Shown here piece after piece: positions 1-12,199 of a DNA stretch of 64,000 nt. A model generated the notes under the pieces. That model had not been told where the DNA came from and ran no database searches. It worked only from the letters and a program-made list of their open reading frames with translations. This DNA is from Thalia democratica (lineage: Eukaryota): assembly GCA_965202585.1 (NCBI GenBank), contig OZ241829.1:21018001-21082000 (forward strand). Reading direction: 5' to 3'. The translations under genes and the position numbers were made by a program. The first letter of the stretch is position 1; each line of letters opens with the position of its first letter.

Positions 1-2042
1 TTGTTAAAATCTACTTAATAGTAATAAAAGTTAAAAAAAAATTATGGTTTAATTGTTGCTGCCAACTTATTGTCTTATTATAAAAATTTAATTTATTTTT
101 GCTCATATAAAAATAATCGAATCTAAAAGCAAAACATTTTAATTAACACATTTAAAGTACTTGACAGTTTAAATAAAATTACTGCTAAATTTTTAACTTA
201 AAATTAAAAAGTTTAAATTCAACTTATATTTTTATATGATTTTTATTTACACAAATTACTTTTGTCGTTTTTTTTTTCTTGTTTTAGATAACAGCTACAT
301 ATATAATTACATTTTTAACATGATAATACAAAGTTTGCTGTAAATAATCAATTTACAAGCAATCTGATAAATATCTTTAATTAAAGTAAAAGCAAAAATT
401 AATGAGAACTTTTACATTTTTTAATGAAATATCATAAAAAATTTACGAGACGCTGAAATTCTTAGTTTGTCATAAAAAATCATAAATCATCAGCATGATT
501 TTATAAGTTTTTAAAAACTTTAAAAAAATTCTAGTATAAAAACTGAAGTTTGAACTAATCAACTTTATATACTAGTTTAAATATAATTTTACCGTACTAT
601 AACTACTAATATAACTTAATTAACATCACTGCCGGCTTATATTACTAAATAACATATTAAATTGGAATTACAATCTTTACAAACAGCAAATTTAACGTTT
701 GTTTTATTAAAAAATAAAAGTACGTTATTGTAATCTTTTATACAGGTTGTTCTAACAGTTTGTTTTAAGAGTAAACAAAATTGAGAGTAACATTTTAAAA
801 TGAATATATCTTTATTTCAACATGAATTTATTTTATTCTTAGTGAATTATAAAACATTGATATATGCTTTTATTTACTAGTCCTTTTTTATTAAAAACTT
901 TTTTTATTTTTTTTCAGATAGTTTACTTGAACAATTAGAACTTACTTCATCACCTTATTGCATGTAGTACAAATATGATTTTTTTTACAAAATTAAATAG
1001 CTTAATATTCTGATGGTACAAACTAATTTACATTGTCATCTTTCCTTTTTCCTTGGATAACTTATACTTAAAATAAAAAACAGTAAAAAGTAATTTTGAA
1101 ATGCTAAATTATCAAGTTGATTTAATTGAGTTATAGTATAAAATTATAACTTGATTCTTCTAAATGCTTGAATTAAAGTCAATCCAGTTTTATTTTACTT
1201 TCCGTACATTTTATAACATTTGCTTCAATTTCTATTTATTTGAACTTAAAATTGTAACTTCATATACATTTCATAAGTTTAAAATTAAATGCTTATGTAA
1301 AATAATATCAAACCACAATCACTTTGAAAATTACAAGAATATTGTTTATAAAACGTTTGTGTAATTACAGTTAAATGATTTACTTTATCCATAAAGTACT
1401 GAAAATAAACAAAATTTAAGTTGGTTAAAAACTGTGGATAAAAAAAACACAAATAGTGAGTAAAAATTGTAATTATTCTTAACGGATAACTAAGGTAAAA
1501 TCTTTATTATTTAAGCTTCTTTATTGACCTAAACCTTATTTCGTACTAATTACTTTATAGTTTATAAATGATAGTTTATAAAATTTAAAATAAGTAGGTT
1601 GGACTATTTCTGTTTTTGTATTACTTTTATTTTACAATTAAGTATATTATAAAGCACATGTAAGCAGAAGGAGAATTACTTTGGTAAGAAAATATTACAA
1701 GAAAATATTTATTTAAAAGCACGTATATAAGTACATAAAACAGAAGTATAACAAGATGACTTATACAAAAAAAATATACAAATTAAAGTATAGTAATAAA
1801 TGCATTTATAATAACTTTGTATATTTGACATAATTAATTGAGGAGAAACATATGAATCACATAAACATATCCCGGCTGTAAATATTAAAATTTATTTTTT
1901 TTCAACTTTAACAAAATCAGTATAAAATTACATTAAAGACTTACCAAATAAAACTGCGGCACATAAGACAAATCCAAATAAAAAAATTGAAGCATTCAAA
2001 TCACTTGCAAAGTTTTCATCACCGAAAAGCTTCAGAACATCT

Positions 2043-2411
2043 TCAGATAAAATCTACAAAACACTTCTTATCGACTTCTCTCTCATAAAACCTTGCTGCA
2101 ACATCCATAACGTAGAAGATGTTCAAACTCATAACCATTTCCCTGAAGGTAAACAAGACTTCGTTGCTCAAGTTCAACACGACAAATCTGGGTGTTACAA
2201 CTCTGGTAAAATGATCCACGCCAAGTTTGAAGAACGAGTAGCAATTGTGGTCGTAGAAGAAATGTTGACTGAATTGTCTGAAAATATAAAATGGAACTTC
2301 TCTTGTATCTAAATCTCGAAGGCGTGAGGTGATGAAATTTGACACACCAAAACCTGGACATACATTAAGTTCGACTTTGACTTGCACTGCACTTTCATTC
2401 AAATTGGCCAT
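2043..2411 (-). CDS. Orphan family X member X1, 122 aa, single coding exon; possibly ubiquitin-like beta-grasp fold
   Basis: ATG-initiated ORF with coding-like C-ending codons in an AT-rich background. Seven other homologous loci occur in the window. The fold is inferred only from the residue pattern. Confidence 0.7.
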   Translation of the reverse strand: MANLNESAVQVKVELNVCPGFGVSNFITSRLRDLDTREVPFYIFRQFSQHFFYDHNCYSFFKLGVDHFTRVVTPRFVVLNLSNEVLFTFREMVMSLNIFYVMDVAARFYEREVDKKCFVDFI

Positions 2412-2994
2412 TTATTTTTTACTCCTGACTCACTATATTCAACTGATACGTAAAAGTTCACTTTGTATTTATTCATATGTGAATTAAGTTAATTGTCATC
2501 ATAAACTTAAATTCAAATAAATGTGATTGATTACTACTAATTTGGCTTATGAACATTATAATAACACAATCTAGTTAAGCTAGTTAGAACAGACGTGTGA
2601 GCAGACAAAGCAATGTGCTAAAAAGAACGGTTTATTTTAAACAGAAACTCTAATTTCGTTTACTTATAACTTAAAACAAAATCAAATTTTTTAATAGTTT
2701 ACTTTTCGCTTAAAACGTGATAATATTTCGTTGTCATCTTTTAAAACAAAAACATACTTTGATAAAAACTATAATTACTAGCTAAGAAATTTATTTCAAC
2801 ACTTTTTGGACATACTTTCAAATTGTATATCTTAGGTATGCTTAAAACAGTTCTGTAAATACTTTGAAAAGATTTTAATTTATTGAACTACTTTTAATTT
2901 TTTTATTTTTACTCGAACACCCTTGATTTTTATAAATCTTGAACTTAAAAATAAAAAGTAGAAAGCTAAGGTAGAGCGTAGCTGTCAAATTTGC

Positions 2995-3408
2995 GAGAGG
3001 GCACAAAATTGCACGTAAATAATTTTCGACGATGACACTTTTGCGTGAAGGGTCACTTTTGCACGTAGAAATTTTTGCAAGGGTTGAATTTTTCTCTTTT
3101 TTTTAATTTTTTTCTTAATTATAATTACTTTTATTTTAGTTTCATCTTTAATATCATTGTTACCCCTAACCGTTACCCGAAGTCAGTATTTTTTTATGTT
3201 TTAGTTTTTTTTATCGGTTTTTTCTGTTTCTTTTTATATATTTTTATAAATTTTTTTACTTTCGTGCAAAAAATGACTCTACGTGCAAAATTGTAACTTG
3301 TCAAAAATTTACCCTTGGTGCAAAATTGTCTTCGTGCAATTTTCTCCCCTCGTTAATTTTTGTATCCTCGTGCAAATTAGTAATTTCGTGCAATTTTGAC
3401 CCGTTCCC
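2995..3408. mobile_element. MITE/foldback-like non-autonomous element (mirror 51093-51505)
   Basis: Imperfect TIR (GAGAGGGCACAAAATTGCACGTAAAT vs reverse complement GGAACGGGTCAAAATTGCACGAAAT). TTGCACG-type motifs repeat in the left half and CGTGCAA in the right half, around an AT-rich core. No clear TSD. Confidence 0.7.
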
Positions 3409-3587
3409 GAGTTAAGATGTAGGCTTTTGAAAAGTGTATTTCAAAGAAATGCGTTTTATTCTGAAAATACAATCGTTGATATCGAAGTTTTGGAACATGA
3501 ATAAGTACTTGTACAAAATTTAGTTTTAGAAAAAAAACACCTAGAAAGAACTACATTCATAACTTCTTAATGTTCTTTCATTTATAA

Positions 3588-3723
3588 CAGGGTTCGGCAG
3601 CCTTACGTAAATCGCGGGCCGCACAAAAAATATAATTTTTATTGTTTTCGAAATATATACTTTTGGCTTGGAGCTCGTCGGACGCAAATTTTGACTTTGA
3701 TGGCCGAAGTTTGCCGACCCCTG
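3588..3723. mobile_element. 136-bp hAT-type MITE
   Basis: TIR CAGGGTTCGGCA / TGCCGACCCCTG with a perfect 8-bp TSD ATTTATAA (3580-3587 and 3724-3731). 8-bp TSDs with CAGGG termini are typical of hAT elements. Confidence 0.9.
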
Positions 3724-4614
3724 ATTTATAACACAGTACTATTATTAACATAAAGTTTCTAACATAGTTCTACCGTACTATAACTACTACTATGTTATAA
3801 TTGAAGCGTCTTTAGAACTATAAAAATAATATAATTCAAAATTTCAACTTAGTCGATTGTTTTTAAAGGCTGTAGCGAAGAAAGTTCACTGAAATATATA
3901 ATAAAAATAATCTATGTCGAGCGAATTATGTTCAACGGAATTCTATTAAAAACAAAAATTGTAAAGAAAATATAGAAGATGAAAAAAAAACACACATTCA
4001 TTTATTTATTTTCTACTTTTTATAAATATTTAAATATTTTAAGAATTCCGTTTAGATGTTTTAGTTTGCTTGAACCAGAAAAATATGTTGGTTATATAAA
4101 GAAAGAGTATTGTAAAAAGTTGTAAATAAGATTAAAAAATATATTTATTATTTCTTAGAATGCTTCATGGTTAAGACTTATAAAAAATATAAGCTTCTTA
4201 ATGTTTTTTTACACTTTAATTTTTTCTACTTCTGCAATGATTTGTATCATAGATTAAAATGGACTAATTTTTAATTTTTTTTTTTATTTCACCAAAATTG
4301 TTAATTTGAAACGAATGTTAATGGTTTGTAAAAAAAATTTTTCATCAACAATCAGTTGAAAAGATAACGTCATAAGAATATTATTAAAATCTTTAAGACT
4401 TTAGATAAGTAGCTAGTACTACATATAAATTACAAATTGCTTAACTTTATTATACTAAATAAAATAACATGGAATTTATTAACCACATTTATGACCAAAA
4501 TATTTTTATAATGATATTATTTTAAACAACTCAAGTTGTATAATAAAATTAGATCGCACCAATACTTTGTTTCAGAAGCTCTTATGTATAATTACAAAGC
4601 CTTATACTTTATAG

Positions 4615-5553
4615 CAGGGGCGTGTCTAGACATTTTTCAAAGGGGGTTCATAATTATTTTTTGTTCTTAATTTTCCACTTAAGTACGCAATATCTTAAGT
4701 ATCAAAAAAATATGTGTTTAAAATGCTTTTTTGTGTTTAGAAATAATTAAAAAACATATAAGTAGTAATAAAAACAAATAATATATATTTATTTAATTAT
4801 ACTGTATTTAAAAAGTTATGAACAAAAAATTTGTATATCAAAAATTAAATCCTTTATTTAAAACAAATATATTACATACAGTTTAATTAATTAATGAAAA
4901 TAACAAACATTGTATTATGACTAATATAGGTAATTAAAGACCAAAACTTGAAGGCACTCTTAGTATACTATAATCACTGGTTTAAACTTTGTAATAAAAA
5001 ACGTAATAAATCTGTTGTATAATACAAAACTTATTAAAAAACCTTTATAAGTTGTATAAAATAAAATTGCAAGTCAGTTAAATAAAACATTTGAGAACAT
5101 AACTTTTACGAGCATTATCATTAACTTTCATATTTTGTTGTTTGGAACAGAATTAATAAAAAGCACAGCTGGAATAAAATTTTCTAAGGTAAATTAAAAA
5201 CTTTGAACTTTAAACAATCTAAAAGTACCAGTCAAACAGAATGTAAAATCTTGATAATACATCATTCAAAAAAGTTTCCCAAAAAAGATGCTACTTTAAA
5301 ACTTTTACCTATTATCACGTCACAATTAAAATTTTATTTGAAGTCTATTTCAGCTGGGCAAAATCGAGCATTTTTTGTTACAGAAACTTATAATATTTCA
5401 GAGTTATAAATTCAACATTCATTTTTCAAAGTTTATCAAATAACCTAAAAAAAAGTCAATAAAAAACGTTATTAGTGATATTTTAAGATTTTTTTTTCTT
5501 TTTTCGTTTTATTTTTCAGGAGTTTATAGGAAACCAGTCAAAACACGCCCTTG
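4615..5553. mobile_element. 939-bp non-autonomous hAT-type element
   Basis: TIR CAGGGGCGTGTCTAGAC vs reverse complement CAAGGGCGTGTTTTGAC, with a perfect 8-bp TSD CTTTATAG (4607-4614 and 5554-5561). No transposase ORF. Confidence 0.88.
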
Positions 5554-6529
5554 CTTTATAGTGTGCTTAATTTATAGTGTCTGAGTTAATTTTGATGTTT
5601 AAGTTTACTTTTGAAGCCGTAGAGTATGGAATTTTTTTTATTAAAGGTATACGTAATTTTTTTTTCACTGCAATTTTTTTTTAAACTTTTAGAATTGTGT
5701 TACGTTCTAAGCTAATTAGTTTAAAATGTTAAAATATCCACTTCATTTTTCAGTTATTTACTGGACTTTGAAATTTTAAGGTACTACATTGTTTAGCTTG
5801 TTTTGTTTTCAACTTAGACAAAAAAGCGCTTTTGAACATAACTTTAAATTATATTTCACTACAGTATATTGTACTTTAAAAAATATACACTTGAAAAATT
5901 GTATACTGCGTATTAAAAATAATACTAAAATATTAGTTTCTAGAAATTCAATAAAAGTTATAACAATCATCAATCACGCAAATTATGCTGAACTTCCTAA
6001 AACAGTCGGTTTTTTGATTGTTATAAAACTATGCGATAAGTAATCAGTTTATTCACTACTAAGACTAATATTTAATAAATCTTAAGAATATATAGCGTTT
6101 TGAATTTTTAAGTTTTTGTTATACAATCTAATCTACTACAAAGCAGTTTAGACTAAAATACTTAAAGTTTTACGATAGTACTAAATTAAAATGCATAGAT
6201 TACTTAAAATTTAAACACACGACAAATATTTTTTAAGACTCGAACTGATAACAACAAAAATTTGCTAATAAATGCAAATCTACTAATTTCATAGTGAAGA
6301 ACCTGTAAAAAAACACTTAAAGCCTAAAACATTTAAATTAGGCTGGAACACATAAATTACACAAACATAAGCCTGCTGTAAACATTATAGATAAAACATG
6401 ACCAATTAAAACAGCTAAGCGAGTGAAATAACATCCTAACAAACAAACTGAAGCAACCGATTTAGATGCTAAGTTTTTTTTTCACCGAAAAACTGCAGGG
6501 CATCATCAGATAAAATCAGCAAATCACAG

Positions 6530-6848
6530 CTGATCGACATTTCCCTCAAGTAGTGTTGCTAAAACTTCCAAAATTAGAACAATTTTGAGTTCGTAACCGT
6601 TAAGGTAGACAAGACTTCGTTGCTGAAAATCAACACGAAAAATCTGGGTGCTGGATACCGCCAAGCTTGAAGAACGGGTAGCAATTGTGGTCGTAGAAGA
6701 AATGCCGACAGAATTGCATGAAGGTCGGGAATGGTACTTTCCTTGTTTCCAAATCTCGCAGACGCACGGTGATGCAGTTTGGCGAAAGACCAGTAGATGC
6801 ATTTAGATTCACTAAAACTTGCACTGCAGTTTTATTAAAATCAGCCAT
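6530..6848 (-). pseudogene. Family X paralog X2 (left), frameshifted
   Basis: MADFNKTAVQVLVNLN...HFFYDHNCYPFFKLG aligns to X1. There is an internal deletion/frameshift after FFKLG and a further 1-bp deletion (ttcta[c]attttggaagtt) that is shared with the right copy. Confidence 0.8.
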
Positions 6849-9800
6849 TTTTTTCCGATTTACTAAACTCATCTGAAACAAATGAGTTTACTTTGCACTT
6901 AACTCATATGTGAGTTAAGTTAGTTGGTTTCTTAAGCCTACATTCAAATAAATGTGATTGATTCAATATATGATATTTAATTAAGACAATATTGTTAAGT
7001 TAATAAGAACAGACTTCTGTGTAGATAAATTAAAGTAAAAAGGAAGATATTATTCTAAATTGACTCTTTGTTGTTTTGTTCACTTATAATTAAAAAAAAA
7101 AAAAACAAATACTCACGTTTACAAAAAAAATTCAATTAATCTACTTTTTTAAAAATGTAATAATATTATGTTGTCATCATTTAGATAAAAAAACTACGTT
7201 TATAAAAACTATAACAATTAGCTAAGAAAGTTATTTTAATATTTTCTGGTCTAACAAGAGTTAAAAGTACTACCTTTTGATTTCACGCTGTAAAAAGATA
7301 AAATTAAAGCAACTTTAGTTTACGAATATTTTCTTTTATTTTTACTTAAACTTACACATCTTTCTTTAATTCAAGAAAATTTTAAGGTTAATCAAATCTG
7401 CACTGCAATTAAGTTTGGTCTATATCTAACGAAGTATTTTAAAAATATGTGGCTTGAAGTATTTTAAACTATTGTGAGCTAAAATTATGTTCATTTTCAT
7501 TAAGAAATACTTTCTAGCCCCTGTTTTGTAGACCGTTTGTAATCTAATGAACTGTTAAAATTAATTCAGTCGGATGTTGAATTATATTCAATTACTATTT
7601 TTGTCGTCTAAAAAAGAAGGTCACACCAATTTTATACCGTGAGGATTAATTTAAATGTGTTAGTATTTTACTATTTAATCAATTTTTTTTTAAATTAACC
7701 TTGCTTATTTCTACAAGTCCATTATCATTGCATATTTTTAGAATAAAACTAGTTTTTAAGTTACACCTCCAACAATATTGTTTGTTTTTTAATTTAAAAC
7801 TATTTAATCTAGGCACAATTTTATGTAAAACGGACATTCAGATGTATTCCTGTTCAATTTTACAAGTCTGTTACTTACATGTTGTTAATAGTAGAATAAA
7901 ACCAACTTTATATCTTAATGTTCAATGTTTTCATTTTCAAATAACCCAACTTCGGTTAAAAAATTTTATGTAAAGTATAAGCAAAAATTTAAGCGGCAAA
8001 ATTTTCGGTATCCGCTTGACAACTACTAAGTATACAAATAAATTACCAATATTAACCTTTTAAAACTTCAAAATTTTTCTGTTCCAATCGAACCGTACAA
8101 GTTTGAAAGTAATAAACAGTTTGCCTTTTAAACATCCCCTATGCTTTATGGAAAAATTTTGCTTGGAATTGATAAAACTAAACGTTTATTTTAGCAAATG
8201 TATCAGGAGTAAGGTTTTTGTGACTATAGCAGTCGTATTTGCTAGAGTTATAAAACTTAGACCGACAGTTTCTAGCTAGGTTTACTGTTTTAAATATAGT
8301 TTAATTTTAATTGTTTACCTTACATGAACTTTAAGCTTACAATTTATATACTCAAGCACATACAAATGGTTAAAACATTAGTTAAACAAAAAATTAAAAA
8401 ATATTTGATTTGTTCAACTACAAAAAAGAAGTTAGAGTCCTAAATATAACGTTTAAACCGAAAAGTTTTTATTTACTAAGAGATTTTTCGCATTCAAAAA
8501 AATTTACATTTTAAGTCATTTTAAAAAAGTTAGTGAAACAAACTAGATTGTATGCATTTAAGCACTTTAGAAGGAAAGATTAAAATTAAATTATATGTAG
8601 GAACAAAGCATTACTACGAACTTCTATTAAAGTAAGATGAGATTTATCTAGTGCACATTTTCATTTAGCCATAAATTTATTTTGTAAAACTTATTTAAAT
8701 TGTAGTAGGTTTCAAACTACCTTTCGTTTTATTATTTTTAGAGTTTAGCAATTTTCTAACTAAAATTTTTTTCATAATTGTAGAAACATGATTATTATAA
8801 AAACAAGTGATTAAACAAAAAAAGTTTAAACCAAATCAGCTTTAAAAAAAAGCTAAAACATTAAATATTTTCTATTTAAATTTCATGTTTTTTTAAACAT
8901 ACTTGTTTAAGTTAAGTCAATTAAATACATTTTTTGTTAGTTTAAATATGCAATTTTATACTTTAGGTGCTATATCGAATTAGTAGAGTATTGTAATCGT
9001 AGAGAACTAATAAAAATTTTCTATGTAAACAAGTTTTCTATAACTAAACTACTTAATTAAACTCTAAAACTGGTCAATTATGATTAGCTAATTTTGGTTT
9101 TAACTGATTTACAGTTTTTAATCACAAAATGTTTTTCAAAAGTGAAATTTAGAGTTTTTTTCAGTATAATAGTCGCAGAATTTGATTTAAAGAACTATCC
9201 TATTTTGATAAAACTTTTAGCTCTTTATGTCAGTCCAAATTAGTAATTTTATAACAGCTATTAAAGTAATTGTTTTTAGGAACGTATAGTTTAAAAAAAG
9301 ATAAAAAAAAACTAGCAAATTTAATATGTATCAACTCTAGAACAACAGAAAAGGTTGTTCAACAAATTTAATACTTAGAAGTACATGAAGTTTAGTACTA
9401 GAAATATTAAAAAGCATATACTATATGCTGGCAGCGATGAAAAATAAGCAACTTTTTCAAAAAGTTGTGATTATTTGGATGTAAAAATTTAAGTTTTAAA
9501 ACTCTGTTTTTAATGTACGTTCAAGAATTGTTTTAGATAAGTAATACTATTTTTTACAGTTTAGACCTTAAAAAATTATATAAATTTTTATAAATAAATT
9601 ATAAACTTATCCTTAGTTGACAGAGGTTCAAAGTTGACAGAGAAAATTAACATTTATTCAACATTTATTCATAGTTGACAGAGAAAATTAATACTCTAGC
9701 AAATAAATGGCTATAAAACAAACTAAAAAGTTATCATTAAGACCTTAAGTTCCTTTTTTATAAATAACTTATTTAAGTGTTTTGGTAATAGTTCTTATTT

Positions 9801-10288
9801 GGGGCCTTAACTAAATGTCATTTGTTTGTTACTTTCGTAACTTTTGTGCTATTTTCGTTCATAACTTAAAATAAAAAGATTTGTTGATTACTAAGTTATT
9901 GACTAACTATTTAACTAACTATTTAACTAAGTATTTAAGTAAGAAAATGCATTAAAACAATATAATCAGAGTATTGTATGCACTAAATATAATATATAGA
10001 TAAGAGTTAGAACCTTGTGAGGAACTGCAAATTGATACATCAGTTTTTGAATAAAACTTTTATTTTATATTTGAACTGTTTATCTATCATAAACGTTATT
10101 TAGTTTTCAACTAAGCATTAATAAATAAACAAGTCAATAGTTAAACTTATTTTATTGATATGAGAACAAAAGCAGGAGTACAGAAAGAAAACCGGTTTCT
10201 AATCAAAACATCTCAAACGAAAACTTTGCACAGTATTAAACACAACTAAGAAATACATAAAGCTCACAAATTAACTAGTCAAGATAAT

Positions 10289-11406
10289 TTACAACAAAGT
10301 AACTTTTCCCGTGAACAAAGTTTGGTCTTCGTATAAAATCATGAACAAAAAAGGATGATCAACTGTGAAATAGATTTTTCTAGTACCTCTTGAACTTTGT
10401 TTAACACGACTCACTTTAACTCCAGTTGCTGCAGCAGCTTCAGTACCTTCTTCACTTGTCTCAATGAAAGCCTTGTGAACTACTTCAGTCACAAAAAGTC
10501 TTGAATCTCCTGCAAACATTGCGCTTAAGTCAGATTTTCTCTCATCAAAAGCGTCTTTGATTCCCAACGAGCGCAGAGTTTCGTACAAGCTTGCTTCAAA
10601 TTCGATTTTGAACTTTGGCATTTTCAAAAAAATTCGCGTTTCACTGAAACTACTAGGGTCTTTAAGACTTTCAATAGTTTGGACGTCAAGTTTTTCGATC
10701 ACATTTTTCAATCCAAACCTTTCATCAGGTAAAACTATCAGCATTCTGAAATCTACTTGCTTGTAATGAATTTCCACACACTTGAACCCTTTTTCATCAA
10801 ATGAAGCAAACGAATAGTACTTTTCCTGTTTCATCATTTTAACAGTAGATGTTTTTTCTTCGGTACAATAGAATGGAGCATCTCTAGTGTCACTTAACTT
10901 GAACTTATCATACCAATCACCTTTGAAGTAGATACAACTAACTAAAACACATACAGTATCAGGATCCAAGTCGCTAAACAGATCTTCAATTTTTCCATTA
11001 GTACAATCTGCAACCCATTTATTGATTATATTTTTCGATTCGTCTGCATTCTCTCGTAATTTAAAGACTGAATGTGGCTTTTAAAAGCAGATTCCATGTC
11101 ACGTTTGTAGTTAGCATCAATTTCAAATTCTTCTGAAGGAAAAACAGAATTAGCAAGCTTGATTTGTAAGCCTTTGGAGTTGTAAGTTAATACATCATTC
11201 AGCTTTTTAAGATTTGAAAGAAGTTGTTCATCCTTCACAATTCCTAGTGCCTCTTCAAGCTGCTTCTTGGTTGCTCCATTAGAACCTATAAGCAGCATGG
11301 AAAGAGCAAGCGAAACGCTCAGTGGTGAAAAGAAAATGTTCTTGTTTTCATCATTGCTTTCACAAAGCTTATTAAAAAGATTGACGTCAAACGAATTTAC
11401 ATTCAT
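10289..11406 (-). pseudogene. Serpin type A copy A1, intracellular (no signal peptide), 1-bp frameshift at ~11052
   Basis: Two ORFs (11026-11406, 10289-10969) rebuild a full serpin (NIFFSPLSV, IYFKGDW, MPKFKIE, EEGTEAAAAT, DHPFLF). Compared with A2, tgcattctc[c]tcgtaat lacks one base. This could also be a sequencing error. Confidence 0.88.
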
Positions 11407-12174
11407 AATGATTTTAAACCCAACTAACCTTGAAAAGTAAAATATTATGTGTAATCGAGATTTTTAAATGTGTTTGTACAAGTTGTACATTTTATGTTTT
11501 AGCTTGAATAGTTAAATAGTTAAAGACTTTTCAAATTTTACTTTTCATTGAAGCTTTTAATTGTACTGATATATTTACAACTTTTAAAATTTTTATATAA
11601 CATTTAAAGATGCTTCACCTCAAAAATAGCATGAAATAGTTAAATTTTTATAGTAAAATTTCTTTAAAGTAAAGTATACTGGTAATAGATGTCTGTAAAA
11701 CTTTTACAGGTCTCCATAGCTTCTGACTACATAAACTATAAGCTATAATAATCTATTTATATTTGTTTTAAGTAACAATAGCAGCATAGAGGGTTTTTCT
11801 AAAATCCTTTGTAAATAAAAACATAAAAACATTAGTATTTAAAAACAACCAGGATTAAGTAAAAAATGACACCGGGTTCATTATTTTAACTTGTTTAAAG
11901 TTAGGGTAGTTTTTTACCTGATCTTTGCTTTTAAACTTTCAACTATTTTGTTCAACTATTTTGTTCTTTTTTCAATTTCACTGTTTTCAAATTTTATTAT
12001 GCAAGATATTTAGATGTACAATTTATACATAAAGAATAAGGTTTAGTTTATATCGCTAAATAAATGTTTTTGAGAAGGCCTAAATAAAACAACTTCAAAA
12101 TATGTGAAACACAACCGTATAAGAACTGATGTTCAATCAATATTTTAATTTTTCAAAGCTTACTATGATTTTTA

Positions 12175-12199
12175 CGACACTTTTGGCGCTAATGAGCTA
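12175..12199 (-). promoter_or_regulatory. Conserved upstream motif CGACACTTTWGGCGCTAAYGAGCTA (E2F-like core TTTGGCGC); also at 16752, 20585, 23848, 28910, 34167, 37430, 41263
   Basis: Retained about 750-770 bp upstream of the ATG of both A- and B-type serpins, although the surrounding DNA has diverged. The function is inferred. Confidence 0.5.

Larger units (their letters stand above)
2..11500. repeat. Left outer arm of giant inverted duplication (partner ~42000-54493)
   Basis: The window start is the reverse complement of ~54400-54493. ORFs mirror each other (1164/53335, 2411/52089, 5203/49297, 6881/47608; sums ~54490-54500). Similarity is high over 1-7600 and visibly lower (~85% by eye, with large indels) over 7600-10300. 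Confidence 0.95.
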
